Positions 49,293 to 57,627 of a stretch of 64,000 bases of DNA are shown piece by piece. Under the pieces are notes generated by a model that did not search any database, was not told where the DNA came from, and saw only the letters and a program-made list of their open reading frames with translations. The stretch's first letter is position 1; every line of letters starts with the position of its first letter. This DNA comes from Candidatus Brocadiia bacterium (GTDB lineage: Bacteria > Planctomycetota > Brocadiia > CAIUPP01), in assembly GCA_050015075.1 (NCBI GenBank), contig JBEKCB010000014.1:39242-103241 (forward strand). The letters are read 5' to 3'. A program made the translations under genes and the position numbers.

Positions 49293-49648
49293 CCGAACCG
49301 AACATTGATCCTCGCGCTGCGGTACTGGAATACCTGACGCGCTGGAAGCATCTCGGCCCGCACACTAAAGGCGACATCGCCCAGGTGACCGGCCTCTCGA
49401 CGCGCGAGGTCGAGGAGGCGATCCACGAGCTGCGCCACTCCGGCGAGCCGATTGTCGCGGGCGATAAAGGCTACCTCTGGACTGAAGACCCGCTAAAGCT
49501 CGATGAGTGTTTGGCCGCTCTGAAGCATCGCGCGGGGGAGATTCACGGGACGATTTCCGATCTTGAGGCGACCCGCGACCGGCTGCTGCGGAGTCGGGCG
49601 ATTGAGCCGGGCGGACAGGCGCGGCTTTTTGCGGAGGCGAAGGCGTGA
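49289..49648 (+). CDS. HTH DNA-binding protein
   Basis: DIAQVTGLSTREVEEAIHELR..G.PI...KGY. Confidence 0.7.
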   Translation: MTEPNIDPRAAVLEYLTRWKHLGPHTKGDIAQVTGLSTREVEEAIHELRHSGEPIVAGDKGYLWTEDPLKLDECLAALKHRAGEIHGTISDLEATRDRLLRSRAIEPGGQARLFAEAKA

Positions 49649-50493
49649 GGATCGCCCGCGTTTTTCCGCGATGGACGACAGCCACGCCGACCGACGATCT
49701 GGCCTTCGTCGGGTATCCCGACCTCTACACGCCGGACGTGGACCGCGTTTACATCAGCGTCGCGTTCACCTGGGATATGGAGGAGGCGGAAAAGCTGGCG
49801 TCGGCTTGGGAGAAGCGCGCGCCGGTAACGCTCGGCGGTCCGGCGCTCGGCCGGCGGTCCGAGGGATTTACGCCGGGGCAGTTCATCAAGCGCGGGTACA
49901 CGATCACTTCGCGCGGCTGCCCCAACCGCTGCTGGTTCTGCGAGGCGTGGAAGCGCGAAGGGCCGGTCCGCGAACTGCCGATCATGGACGGATTCAACGT
50001 GCTGGACGACAACCTGCTCGCGTGCTCCCGGCGGCACATCGAGGACGTCTTTGCGATGCTCGGCCGGCAGAAGCAACGCGCACGGCTGACCGGCGGGTTG
50101 GAGGCGCGACGGCTCGAGGACTGGCACGTCGAGCTGCTTGCGCGGCGGATGCCGGATGTCGCGTTCCTGGCCTATGACACTGCGGACGACTGGGAGCCCC
50201 TTGTCGAGGCCGCTCGGAAGTTGAGGGCTGCCGGTTTGATTTCGGGCAAGCACCGCATTCGTGCCTACGTGCTCTGCGGTTGGCCGAAGAACGAGCGTTG
50301 CGGGAGATCGGCGGACACGATTCGCGCGGCGGACGAGCGCTGCCGGCGTGTCGCGCGGCTGGGGATCATGCCGGCGGCGATGCTATACGACAACGGCGTC
50401 CATGTGGATAAGAGTGACTGGCACGACTGGCGGTTCGCCTGGTCGGACCCGGCGGCGTGCGGGAAGCGCATGAAAGAGGAGGGGAAGGCATGA
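49645..50493 (+). CDS. Radical SAM protein
   Basis: TSRGCPNRCWFC (CxxxCxxC), SVAFTW, LGGP, DDNLL. Confidence 0.85.
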   Translation: MRIARVFPRWTTATPTDDLAFVGYPDLYTPDVDRVYISVAFTWDMEEAEKLASAWEKRAPVTLGGPALGRRSEGFTPGQFIKRGYTITSRGCPNRCWFCEAWKREGPVRELPIMDGFNVLDDNLLACSRRHIEDVFAMLGRQKQRARLTGGLEARRLEDWHVELLARRMPDVAFLAYDTADDWEPLVEAARKLRAAGLISGKHRIRAYVLCGWPKNERCGRSADTIRAADERCRRVARLGIMPAAMLYDNGVHVDKSDWHDWRFAWSDPAACGKRMKEEGKA

Positions 50494-51254
50494 GCGGCAA
50501 GACAAAGATCGAATGGACTGAGGCGGCTTGGAATCCCATCACCGGCTGCTCTCCGGTCAGCGAGGGCTGCGAACATTGCTACGCGCAGCGGATGGCGCAG
50601 CGCCTCGCCGGCAGGTACGGCTACCCGAAAGCATATCCCTTCGCAGTGACGGTCCACGACGACCGCATGGTAGAACCACTAAGTTGGAAAAAGCCTCGCC
50701 GGATATTCGTGTGCTCAATGGCCGACCTGATGCACGACAACGTCCCGGACATGGCCATACGCGACGTAATCGGTACGATCAAGGCGGCACCGCAGCACAC
50801 GTTCCAGATCCTCACCAAGCGCCCGCGACGGCTGGAGGAGTGGGTGTGGCCGTCAAACGTCTGGCTCGGTGTGACCGCGGAGAATCAGCAGAGGGCTGAC
50901 GAGCGCATACCGATACTGCTCACGCATCAGCATGCGTCGGTCCTCTTTGTTTCTATCGAGCCGATGCTCGGGCCGATCACGCTGAAGCGCTACATCGGCG
51001 ATCCGATGCCGCGGCCTTGGCCGGTCCTCGTTCACGCAGATGGTGGGACGCCTCCGCGCGGTCTGGACTGGGTAATCTGCGGCGCAGAGACCGGCCCCGG
51101 CGCGCGCCCGATGCACAACGTATGGGCGGACGATCTCTACAGGCAATGCAAAAAGGCCAGCGTCCCCTTTTTCTTCAAGAAGCAAACAGAGGGGCTTGGC
51201 GTTCTGGAGAAGGTGCTGGCGTGCCGAGAGATTCCTGGCGTGGAGTCGCAGTGA
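50490..51254 (+). CDS. Phage Gp37/Gp68 (DUF5131) family protein
   Basis: TKIEWT..WNPITGC..VSEGC.HCYA, FVCSMADL, QILTKRP, SIEP, FFFK. Confidence 0.9.
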   Translation: MSGKTKIEWTEAAWNPITGCSPVSEGCEHCYAQRMAQRLAGRYGYPKAYPFAVTVHDDRMVEPLSWKKPRRIFVCSMADLMHDNVPDMAIRDVIGTIKAAPQHTFQILTKRPRRLEEWVWPSNVWLGVTAENQQRADERIPILLTHQHASVLFVSIEPMLGPITLKRYIGDPMPRPWPVLVHADGGTPPRGLDWVICGAETGPGARPMHNVWADDLYRQCKKASVPFFFKKQTEGLGVLEKVLACREIPGVESQ

Positions 51255-51348
51255 TCGAGCGAAAAAGGAGTTGATCTTTCGCGCAAGGGATGGCTCAGTG
51301 TGGGCGCGGACGGCTGGATTCGACGGGACCGGCGCAGAAGGATGAACG

Positions 51349-52158
51349 ATGAGCGCGAAGGCGGAGAATGGCGGAAAGCAGTTCGTGGTCGACTTCTGGT
51401 TCAAGGAGTGGATGGTCGACGGCGCGCTGCGGGGAGCCGGACCTGTGGTCCGCGATCGCTGGCATGATGCGCTCTGCCAGATGTGGCTGCACGACACGGA
51501 CCGGAGGCGGGACACGATGGAGGGTTGGGCGAACGTCTGGGGCTGTCCGGTCGCCGAGGCGCGGGAGACCGTTCGCGTGATTGCGTTGAGGGACATTGGC
51601 TCTGTCACGCTTTGTCACGGTTACGTCACGCTGCGATGTCGGCGGCTGACGAGGAAGCTCAAAGAGCGCGCCCAGGCTAGAGATCGTCAACGTGCGCACC
51701 GTGAGGAGCGCGCGGTGTCACGCCCGTGTCACACGGGCACTGTGATATCACCTATCACCACATCACCAGTTAACGTTAAATCACCTTCTGTTAAACGGAC
51801 GTCTTTAAGGGCGCGGGAGGAAACGAAAGGTGAGATGAAAACTCCTCGTGAGCCGGTGAAGGGTGAAACGACAGGAACGAACTGGAAACGGGTGTGGAGT
51901 ATTGTGGTCGACTGGTTTGTCGAACGGAAGGGAAAGGCGGCCGCTGAATGGACGAATGCGCTGGCGTCCAAGAGAGGGACGCTGGAGGCGTTCAATCCGT
52001 TGATCGTCGTCGGTCATGTCATGGACGTCTACCACGCGAAGTCCAGGCCGCGGGATGGACGGCAGGCGGCGGTGTGGGTGATGAGGCGATGTCAGAAGCA
52101 CTACACGCCGGCGCACTATGACGACGCGAAGCGAGCGCTGGAAGGGATTGCATCATGA
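51349..52158 (+). CDS. Putative replication initiator / replisome organizer
   Basis: N-terminal F..W..D..LR helical domain, RDRQRAHR linker, internal iteron-like repeats and AT-rich tract. Confidence 0.5.
   Translation: MSAKAENGGKQFVVDFWFKEWMVDGALRGAGPVVRDRWHDALCQMWLHDTDRRRDTMEGWANVWGCPVAEARETVRVIALRDIGSVTLCHGYVTLRCRRLTRKLKERAQARDRQRAHREERAVSRPCHTGTVISPITTSPVNVKSPSVKRTSLRAREETKGEMKTPREPVKGETTGTNWKRVWSIVVDWFVERKGKAAAEWTNALASKRGTLEAFNPLIVVGHVMDVYHAKSRPRDGRQAAVWVMRRCQKHYTPAHYDDAKRALEGIAS
51603..51795. repeat. Iteron-like repeats (putative phage origin)
   Basis: GTCAC repeats at 51604, 51614, 51625, 51717, 51728; ATCACC x4 at 51747, 51754, 51762, 51780; AT-rich GTTAACGTTAAA. Confidence 0.55.
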
Positions 52159-52769
52159 GGCGACGCTGCAAAAAGCGACAATCTGTAGGTACTCCTGGGC
52201 GAGACTTCGGGCTTGAAGGTGTGCGTGGGCGGCGGCAAGATTCACAGACTTTGTTTGCCACAAAACGGTCGCTGAACGTACAGAAAATCGCGGCGCTCCT
52301 GGTGAATGGAAAAACGTCGTCAGCGATCATGTCGTGGGCCGTCAGTGACCGCGGCCTCGGTCTGTCGGAAGCGCAGGCCGGTCGTCTCATGCGTCAGGCG
52401 AAGAAACAGATTTCGCGCGACTCAAAATGGAGCCAGGAGGAAGAGCTCGGTCTGGCAGTCAGTCGTCTCCGCATGCTCTACGCGAAGGCGTTGTCAGCCG
52501 GTGACACCGCTGGCGCTTTTTCGATTCAGCGAGAGCTGAATTCACTGACGGGTCTTCGCGGGCGCGATGGCGATGGCAGCGACGGAAAACCGCCGCCCCA
52601 CGACGATGGCGCAAGCCGAGAGTTGGCCGCGGCTCGAGCGCATCTTGCCGCCCTGAACCTCGGAGGCCCGGACGTTCCGGTGAGTGAGTTGGCGCGGTTG
52701 GCCGTCCAACGGATCGTGGAGTTGATGACCAGTGCGAATGAAGAAGGCAAGAAGTCCGGCAAACTATGA
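52155..52769 (+). CDS. Putative small terminase subunit; true start probably about 52270-52310
   Basis: Directly upstream of the large terminase; helical HTH-like content. Confidence 0.5.
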   Translation: MRRRCKKRQSVGTPGRDFGLEGVRGRRQDSQTLFATKRSLNVQKIAALLVNGKTSSAIMSWAVSDRGLGLSEAQAGRLMRQAKKQISRDSKWSQEEELGLAVSRLRMLYAKALSAGDTAGAFSIQRELNSLTGLRGRDGDGSDGKPPPHDDGASRELAAARAHLAALNLGGPDVPVSELARLAVQRIVELMTSANEEGKKSGKL

Positions 52770-54924
52770 GCGTCACAGGGCGGACGCCCGGGCGCGCATG
52801 GCCGCCAAGTCGGAGGCGGGCCGCGATATCGGCGAGATGCCGGCGGTCGTAAATCCGATGCGCAAAGCGCGCTGCGGCGCTTTGCTCCAGGCGTTCATCG
52901 AGAGCTACCTCCTGAAGATGTTCACGGTCCGCGGAGACCACTGGCCCTGGTCGGCAACACACCTGGAGGTCATGCGTCGCATCGAGGCCGTCGTGCGCTA
53001 CGGCGATATGTTCGGCGTGGCCATGCCGCGCGGCGGCGGCAAGACCTCTCTCATCAAGGCGGGAACGTTGTGGGCGAGCCTCTTCGGCTTCAGGCGATGG
53101 GTCTGCGTTCTCGCCGCCACGGCGCCGAAGTCGGGGGCGATCATTCAGGATTTGCAGACCATCGTGGAAACCAATCCACTGCTCGCGGCGGATTTCCCGG
53201 AGGTCTGTTATCCCGTTCGCAAGCTGGAACGCATCGCTGGCCGGCAGCGCGGGCAGACATTCAGGCGGGAGCCGACGCGCATGGCCTGGAGCGTGAATGA
53301 AATCGTCCTCCCGAACATTCCCGGAAGCCGGTGCGCCGGCAGCATGGTCACGGCGACCGGCCTCGAGGGTTCCGGCATCCGCGGCCAGGTGCGCGTGCTG
53401 GCCGATGGCACGCAGCTCCGGCCCGACCTGGTGTTCATAGACGATCCGCAGACGGACGAGAGCGCGCATTCGGCGTTTCAGACCGACGATCGGCTGAAGT
53501 TGCTGGGCGGCGCGGTCCTCGAAATGGGGCCGCCTGGCGTCCCGCTCGCCGCTCTGATGGCCGTGACGGTGATCGAGAACGGCGATGTCGGCGATACGGT
53601 CCTGAAGGACCCGCGATGGAACGGAATCCGTTCGCCGATGCTCGTCAAGTTTCCCGTCCACATGAGCGCGACGCCCGCCGACATTCCTCACGCGGACCAC
53701 TGGGACCGCTATGCCGACCTGCTGCGAAGCGGGCGAACTGATGACGCGACGGAGTTCTATGCGGCGCATCGGTGCCTTCCGGAGTGCGAGGGGATCCTCG
53801 ACCGGCCGCGCCCTTGCCTGCCCTGCCCGATTCGCGCCGACTGCATGGACGCGGACGCCATGGTCTCCTGGCAGCAGCGGAAATATCCCGCCGACCTTTC
53901 GCCGGTTCAGCACGCCATGGACCGGCACATTCGCAACCCGATCCTCTTCGCCGCCGAGATGCAGCAACAGCCGATCTCGGCACAAATGGCCGGCGCAAGG
54001 ATCACGCCGGCGCAGGTGATCCAGCGGGTCAGCGGCCTTCCGATGTGCCACGTGCCTGCGGATGCGACGGTCATCACCGCCGGAGTCGACGTCCACGACG
54101 AGCTTCTCTACTGGGTCGTGTGCGCCTGGGAAGACGACTTCACCGGCCAGGTCATTCAGTACGGCACGCTCCCCGAGCAGCCGGTGCGCTGGTTCCTGCA
54201 GGCCAGTCCGCCACGCCCGCTCTCGCGCGAGTTCCCCGGCCAGGACAAGGACGGCGTGATTCAGTCCGGCCTCGAGCGCCTGTGCGGCGTCATGCTCAAG
54301 CATGAGTTCGAGAAACACGCCGGCGGATCCGTGGCTTCGATGTCCATCGAGCAGATGCTCGTGGACAGCGGCTACAAACCGACGCTCGTCTACAACGTGC
54401 GCCGGAAGCTCGCCAGCCCGATCATGCAGGCCTCGAAGGGCATGGCCCTGCGCGCAACGAACAAGCCGATCGCCTCCTTCCAGCGTAAGCGCGGATGGAA
54501 GTTCGGCGACGACTGGTACGTCCCCAGCGTCCGCGGCACGCGCGAGTACCCGCACGTGTGCATTGACACCAACGCCTGGAAGAGCTTCGTCCATCGCGCA
54601 TTGTCCGTCGCTCCGGGCACGCGCGGCGCCTTGACGCTCTACGGGACGCCGGTGACTGCCGGCGACCATGAAGCGTTCGCGGAACAGGTCGCCGCCTCCG
54701 AGTACTTCACCGAGGTCTTCGCTCACGGCCGGGTCGTCAACGAGTACAAGCAGATGCCGCATCGGCCCGACAACCACTGGTGGGACTGCCTGGTCCTGTG
54801 CGCGGTCGGCGCCTCGATGCGCGGCTGCAAGCCGCCGGTCCAGGCGAAAGCGGCTCAGCGGTCATCCGGCGGTCCGGCGAAGCGCCAGGTGAAGAGCCTT
54901 GCAGAAATGGCAGGAGCAACATGA
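52732..54924 (+). CDS. Large terminase subunit (GpA-like)
   Basis: AMPRGGGKT Walker A, FIDDPQT Walker B, GVDVH, VDSGY, NHWWDC nuclease motifs. Confidence 0.9.
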   Translation: MRMKKARSPANYERHRADARARMAAKSEAGRDIGEMPAVVNPMRKARCGALLQAFIESYLLKMFTVRGDHWPWSATHLEVMRRIEAVVRYGDMFGVAMPRGGGKTSLIKAGTLWASLFGFRRWVCVLAATAPKSGAIIQDLQTIVETNPLLAADFPEVCYPVRKLERIAGRQRGQTFRREPTRMAWSVNEIVLPNIPGSRCAGSMVTATGLEGSGIRGQVRVLADGTQLRPDLVFIDDPQTDESAHSAFQTDDRLKLLGGAVLEMGPPGVPLAALMAVTVIENGDVGDTVLKDPRWNGIRSPMLVKFPVHMSATPADIPHADHWDRYADLLRSGRTDDATEFYAAHRCLPECEGILDRPRPCLPCPIRADCMDADAMVSWQQRKYPADLSPVQHAMDRHIRNPILFAAEMQQQPISAQMAGARITPAQVIQRVSGLPMCHVPADATVITAGVDVHDELLYWVVCAWEDDFTGQVIQYGTLPEQPVRWFLQASPPRPLSREFPGQDKDGVIQSGLERLCGVMLKHEFEKHAGGSVASMSIEQMLVDSGYKPTLVYNVRRKLASPIMQASKGMALRATNKPIASFQRKRGWKFGDDWYVPSVRGTREYPHVCIDTNAWKSFVHRALSVAPGTRGALTLYGTPVTAGDHEAFAEQVAASEYFTEVFAHGRVVNEYKQMPHRPDNHWWDCLVLCAVGASMRGCKPPVQAKAAQRSSGGPAKRQVKSLAEMAGAT

Positions 54925-55130
54925 GCAAGACCGCCAAGGAGCCGGCCAGGCGCGTCCGCCTCTCGCTCGAGGAAATGGCGCGCGGAGACGGTCCTCCGGT
55001 GGGCGTCCGCTGCCCGAAGTGCTGGTGCATGCGCTCGCACGTGGACGCGACGCGCGACGGGCCGGGACAGAGTGGGCGATGGCGGGTGTGCGACAACTGC
55101 GGAACCGGCTGGAGAACGGACGAGAAATAG
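54921..55130 (+). CDS. Small Zn-ribbon protein (Ogr/NrdR-like)
   Basis: CPKC...R.RVCDNCG..W.T.E; AGGAG RBS. Confidence 0.7.
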   Translation: MSKTAKEPARRVRLSLEEMARGDGPPVGVRCPKCWCMRSHVDATRDGPGQSGRWRVCDNCGTGWRTDEK

Positions 55131-55144
55131 ATCCCCGGGCAACT

Positions 55145-55342
55145 GTGAACGGACACCAGAGAGCGAAGAAGCGACGCGAGGAACGCCAGGCCGTCCGTGA
55201 GGCGGAACGGGCCACGTGGCGATGTCGCTGTGGGGCGGCCAGGCCAAAACATGTCTCGACATACGGTCGAATCGAGTACGTAATCTGTAAATTTTGCGCC
55301 CGTCATTCCAAGATAATCTATTCATTTCGCCTCGACGAGTGA
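55145..55342 (+). CDS. Second small Zn-ribbon protein
   Basis: CRCG...T.G.I.Y..CKFC. Confidence 0.55.
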   Translation: MNGHQRAKKRREERQAVREAERATWRCRCGAARPKHVSTYGRIEYVICKFCARHSKIIYSFRLDE

Positions 55343-55352
55343 AGAACCTTCC

Positions 55353-55381
55353 TTGCATCTGATCATGTCCTGAACGATAAT
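55353..55381 (+). promoter_or_regulatory. Putative late promoter
   Basis: TTGCAT-17 nt-GATAAT upstream of the head genes. Confidence 0.4.
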
Positions 55382-55438
55382 CCCTGCATCGAAGCAGAAG
55401 CCTGCTCCTGGCAAAGGGCGCGCGCATGGGAAGGTGAA

Positions 55439-55678
55439 ATGGGCGACCTCGTCAAAGCTCTGAAGCACGCCGCGGAGAAACCCGAGAGCGTCACCGCGGG
55501 CGACGTGACGGTGCGGCGCCGGCCGCTGACCGAGCAGATCGAAGCGACGAAGTTCCTCATGGCCACCCGCGCGCGATCCCGCGGCGGTATGGCCGGCGTT
55601 TCCATCACCAAGCTGAAACCGCACGGCGCCATTCTTCCCGCCGGTCCCGACTTGCGTCCTTGGGAATGGGGCGGATGA
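55439..55678 (+). CDS. gpW-like head-to-tail joining protein
   Basis: Small ORF between terminase and portal; P.SVT.G.V.V..RPL.EQIEA. Confidence 0.6.
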   Translation: MGDLVKALKHAAEKPESVTAGDVTVRRRPLTEQIEATKFLMATRARSRGGMAGVSITKLKPHGAILPAGPDLRPWEWGG

Positions 55679-57471
55679 TGTTCGGATTCTCGACTCTTCG
55701 TCGCTGGTGGAACGGCCGCAAGGCGGCGCGAGTGCGTCGCCGCGCGGCGAAGACCCTCGCCGAGATGCTCGACCGGCGGCTCAATCAGCGGCGTGCCGAA
55801 TGGGACCGCGAGGACGCCGAGCTGCGCTCGGTAATGGCCATGGGGGTCGGCGCCGCCAACTGGGGCGAGATGATGCGGCAGCTCGGAGTCCGCACGAAAC
55901 CCGCCCTGGACGAAATGGCCGGCGCTCCAGCTCCGCGAATTTCCGCCCGCTTCGATTCCGCGATCACGACCGACGACGACCGCGCGCACTGGGCGATGGC
56001 CGATGGCCTGGCCGCCGACGCCGCCGCCAACCCCATGATCCGCTACACACTCCGCAACCGGGGCCGGTACGAAGATGCGAATAACTGCTACTGCAAGGGC
56101 GTCGGCGAAACCATCGCCAATGATTTTGTCGGGACCGGGCCGCGCCTGCACATAGACGACGAACGGCTGACCGAGGACGAACGCGAGGACATCGAGGCCA
56201 AGTTCGCCGCGTGGGCGCAGGCCATTGACCTTCCGGGCAAACTTCGCACCATGCGAAAGGCACGCCGGACTGACGGGGAAACCTTCGCCTGCAAGATCAC
56301 AAACCCAAAACTGAAACATCCGGTGAAGCTCGACCTTCGCGTGATCGAGGCCGACCAGGTCCGCTTCGTGGACATCTCGCTACTTCTCTCGCCGTCCGTG
56401 GACGGGATCCGGTTCGATGACTACGGCAACCCGGTTTCCTACCACATCCTGCGCATCCATCCCGGCTACTGGTCCTACGCGACCGGCTACGTCGGCATGC
56501 CGTGGGAATACGACGTATGGGACGCCAGCCTCGTCATCCATTGGTTCCGGCAGGACCGGCCCGGGCAGCATCGCGGGCTTCCCGAATTCCTGCCGGCGCT
56601 GCCGCTCTACGCCACGCTGCGGCGCTACACCCAGGCCACCCTCGATGCCGCTGAAACAGCGGCAGACTATGCGGTGCTTTTGGAAACGCAGGCCGGCGCG
56701 ATGTTCGTGGACGAGGACGGGAATACGAGCGAGGGCGTCACCGAGGCCAAGGCGTTTTCCGCCGTGCAGATGCATCGGCGGATGATGGCCGCGCTGCCGG
56801 CCGGGTATAGCGCCAAGCAAATGCGGCCCGAACAGCCGACGCAGGAGTACAGCGGATTCAAGCGGGAAGTTGCCTCTGAGATCGGGCGATGCGAGGGCGT
56901 TCCCCGCAACGTCGTGCTCGCGGATTCGTCTGACTCCAGTTTCGCCAGTGGGCAGCTCGATCATAAAATCTACTTCCGCCCGCGGGAGATCGAGCGCGCG
57001 GAAGCCAACGGGCTGATCCTCGACAACCTATTCGGGGATTTTATCGCCGAGGGCGTGCGGCTCCGCGAGGGCCACGGCGACTACGGCAAGCCCTATCTGC
57101 CGCAGATCCTTCGCACGCTCGGGACCAGCGTTGAACATTCCTGGTACTGGGACAGCAACGAGATGGGAGATCCGTTCAAGCTTTCGGCCGCGAAATCTAC
57201 CGCCATGAAAGATGGCCTGACGACGATCCCGGCCGAGTACGAGGCCAAGGGCCGGAACTGGAACCGCGCGTTCGTCGCGCAGGCCCGCGCGCTCGGCTGC
57301 ACGGTCGAAGAACTCAAGACGATGGTCCGCAACAGCATCTTCGCCACGCGCGGCACGGATCCGGTAGACGCCGGCGCGGACGAAGGCGGCGAGGCCGGCA
57401 AAACGCCCGCGCGCAAACCGGCAGTCGCCGTCAAGCGTCCGGCGCAAGGCGCATTGCAGAGGGCGAATTAG
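55675..57471 (+). CDS. Phage portal protein, lambda family
   Basis: LRNR.RYE..NN, VGTGP, DGE, IEAD, DGI.FD..GNP..YH, RPGQ.RG.P. Confidence 0.92.
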   Translation: MMFGFSTLRRWWNGRKAARVRRRAAKTLAEMLDRRLNQRRAEWDREDAELRSVMAMGVGAANWGEMMRQLGVRTKPALDEMAGAPAPRISARFDSAITTDDDRAHWAMADGLAADAAANPMIRYTLRNRGRYEDANNCYCKGVGETIANDFVGTGPRLHIDDERLTEDEREDIEAKFAAWAQAIDLPGKLRTMRKARRTDGETFACKITNPKLKHPVKLDLRVIEADQVRFVDISLLLSPSVDGIRFDDYGNPVSYHILRIHPGYWSYATGYVGMPWEYDVWDASLVIHWFRQDRPGQHRGLPEFLPALPLYATLRRYTQATLDAAETAADYAVLLETQAGAMFVDEDGNTSEGVTEAKAFSAVQMHRRMMAALPAGYSAKQMRPEQPTQEYSGFKREVASEIGRCEGVPRNVVLADSSDSSFASGQLDHKIYFRPREIERAEANGLILDNLFGDFIAEGVRLREGHGDYGKPYLPQILRTLGTSVEHSWYWDSNEMGDPFKLSAAKSTAMKDGLTTIPAEYEAKGRNWNRAFVAQARALGCTVEELKTMVRNSIFATRGTDPVDAGADEGGEAGKTPARKPAVAVKRPAQGALQRAN

Positions 57472-57549
57472 TGAGGTAGACCTGAAAGACAATTTGCGCG
57501 TGTCCCGTGGATGCGGCCGCTGAAGCGGGACGCCAAAAAGCGGACTGAC

Positions 57550-57593
57550 AAAGGCTGAACCTGTGCACAGCGGGTTCGGCCTTTTTCTTTTTC
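57550..57593 (+). terminator. Intrinsic terminator between portal and capsid genes
   Basis: AAAGGCTGAACC...GGTTCGGCCTTT stem followed by TTCTTTTT. Confidence 0.65.
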
Positions 57594-57627
57594 CGGCGCG
57601 CAACTCAGGTCATTCCGGGAGACGGTA

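Noticed and set aside
51302-51335. GGGCGCGGACGGCTGGATTCGACGGG resembles a tmRNA 5' end
   Set aside because: No matching acceptor 3' strand, T arm, PK1 or tag frame found downstream; likely chance.
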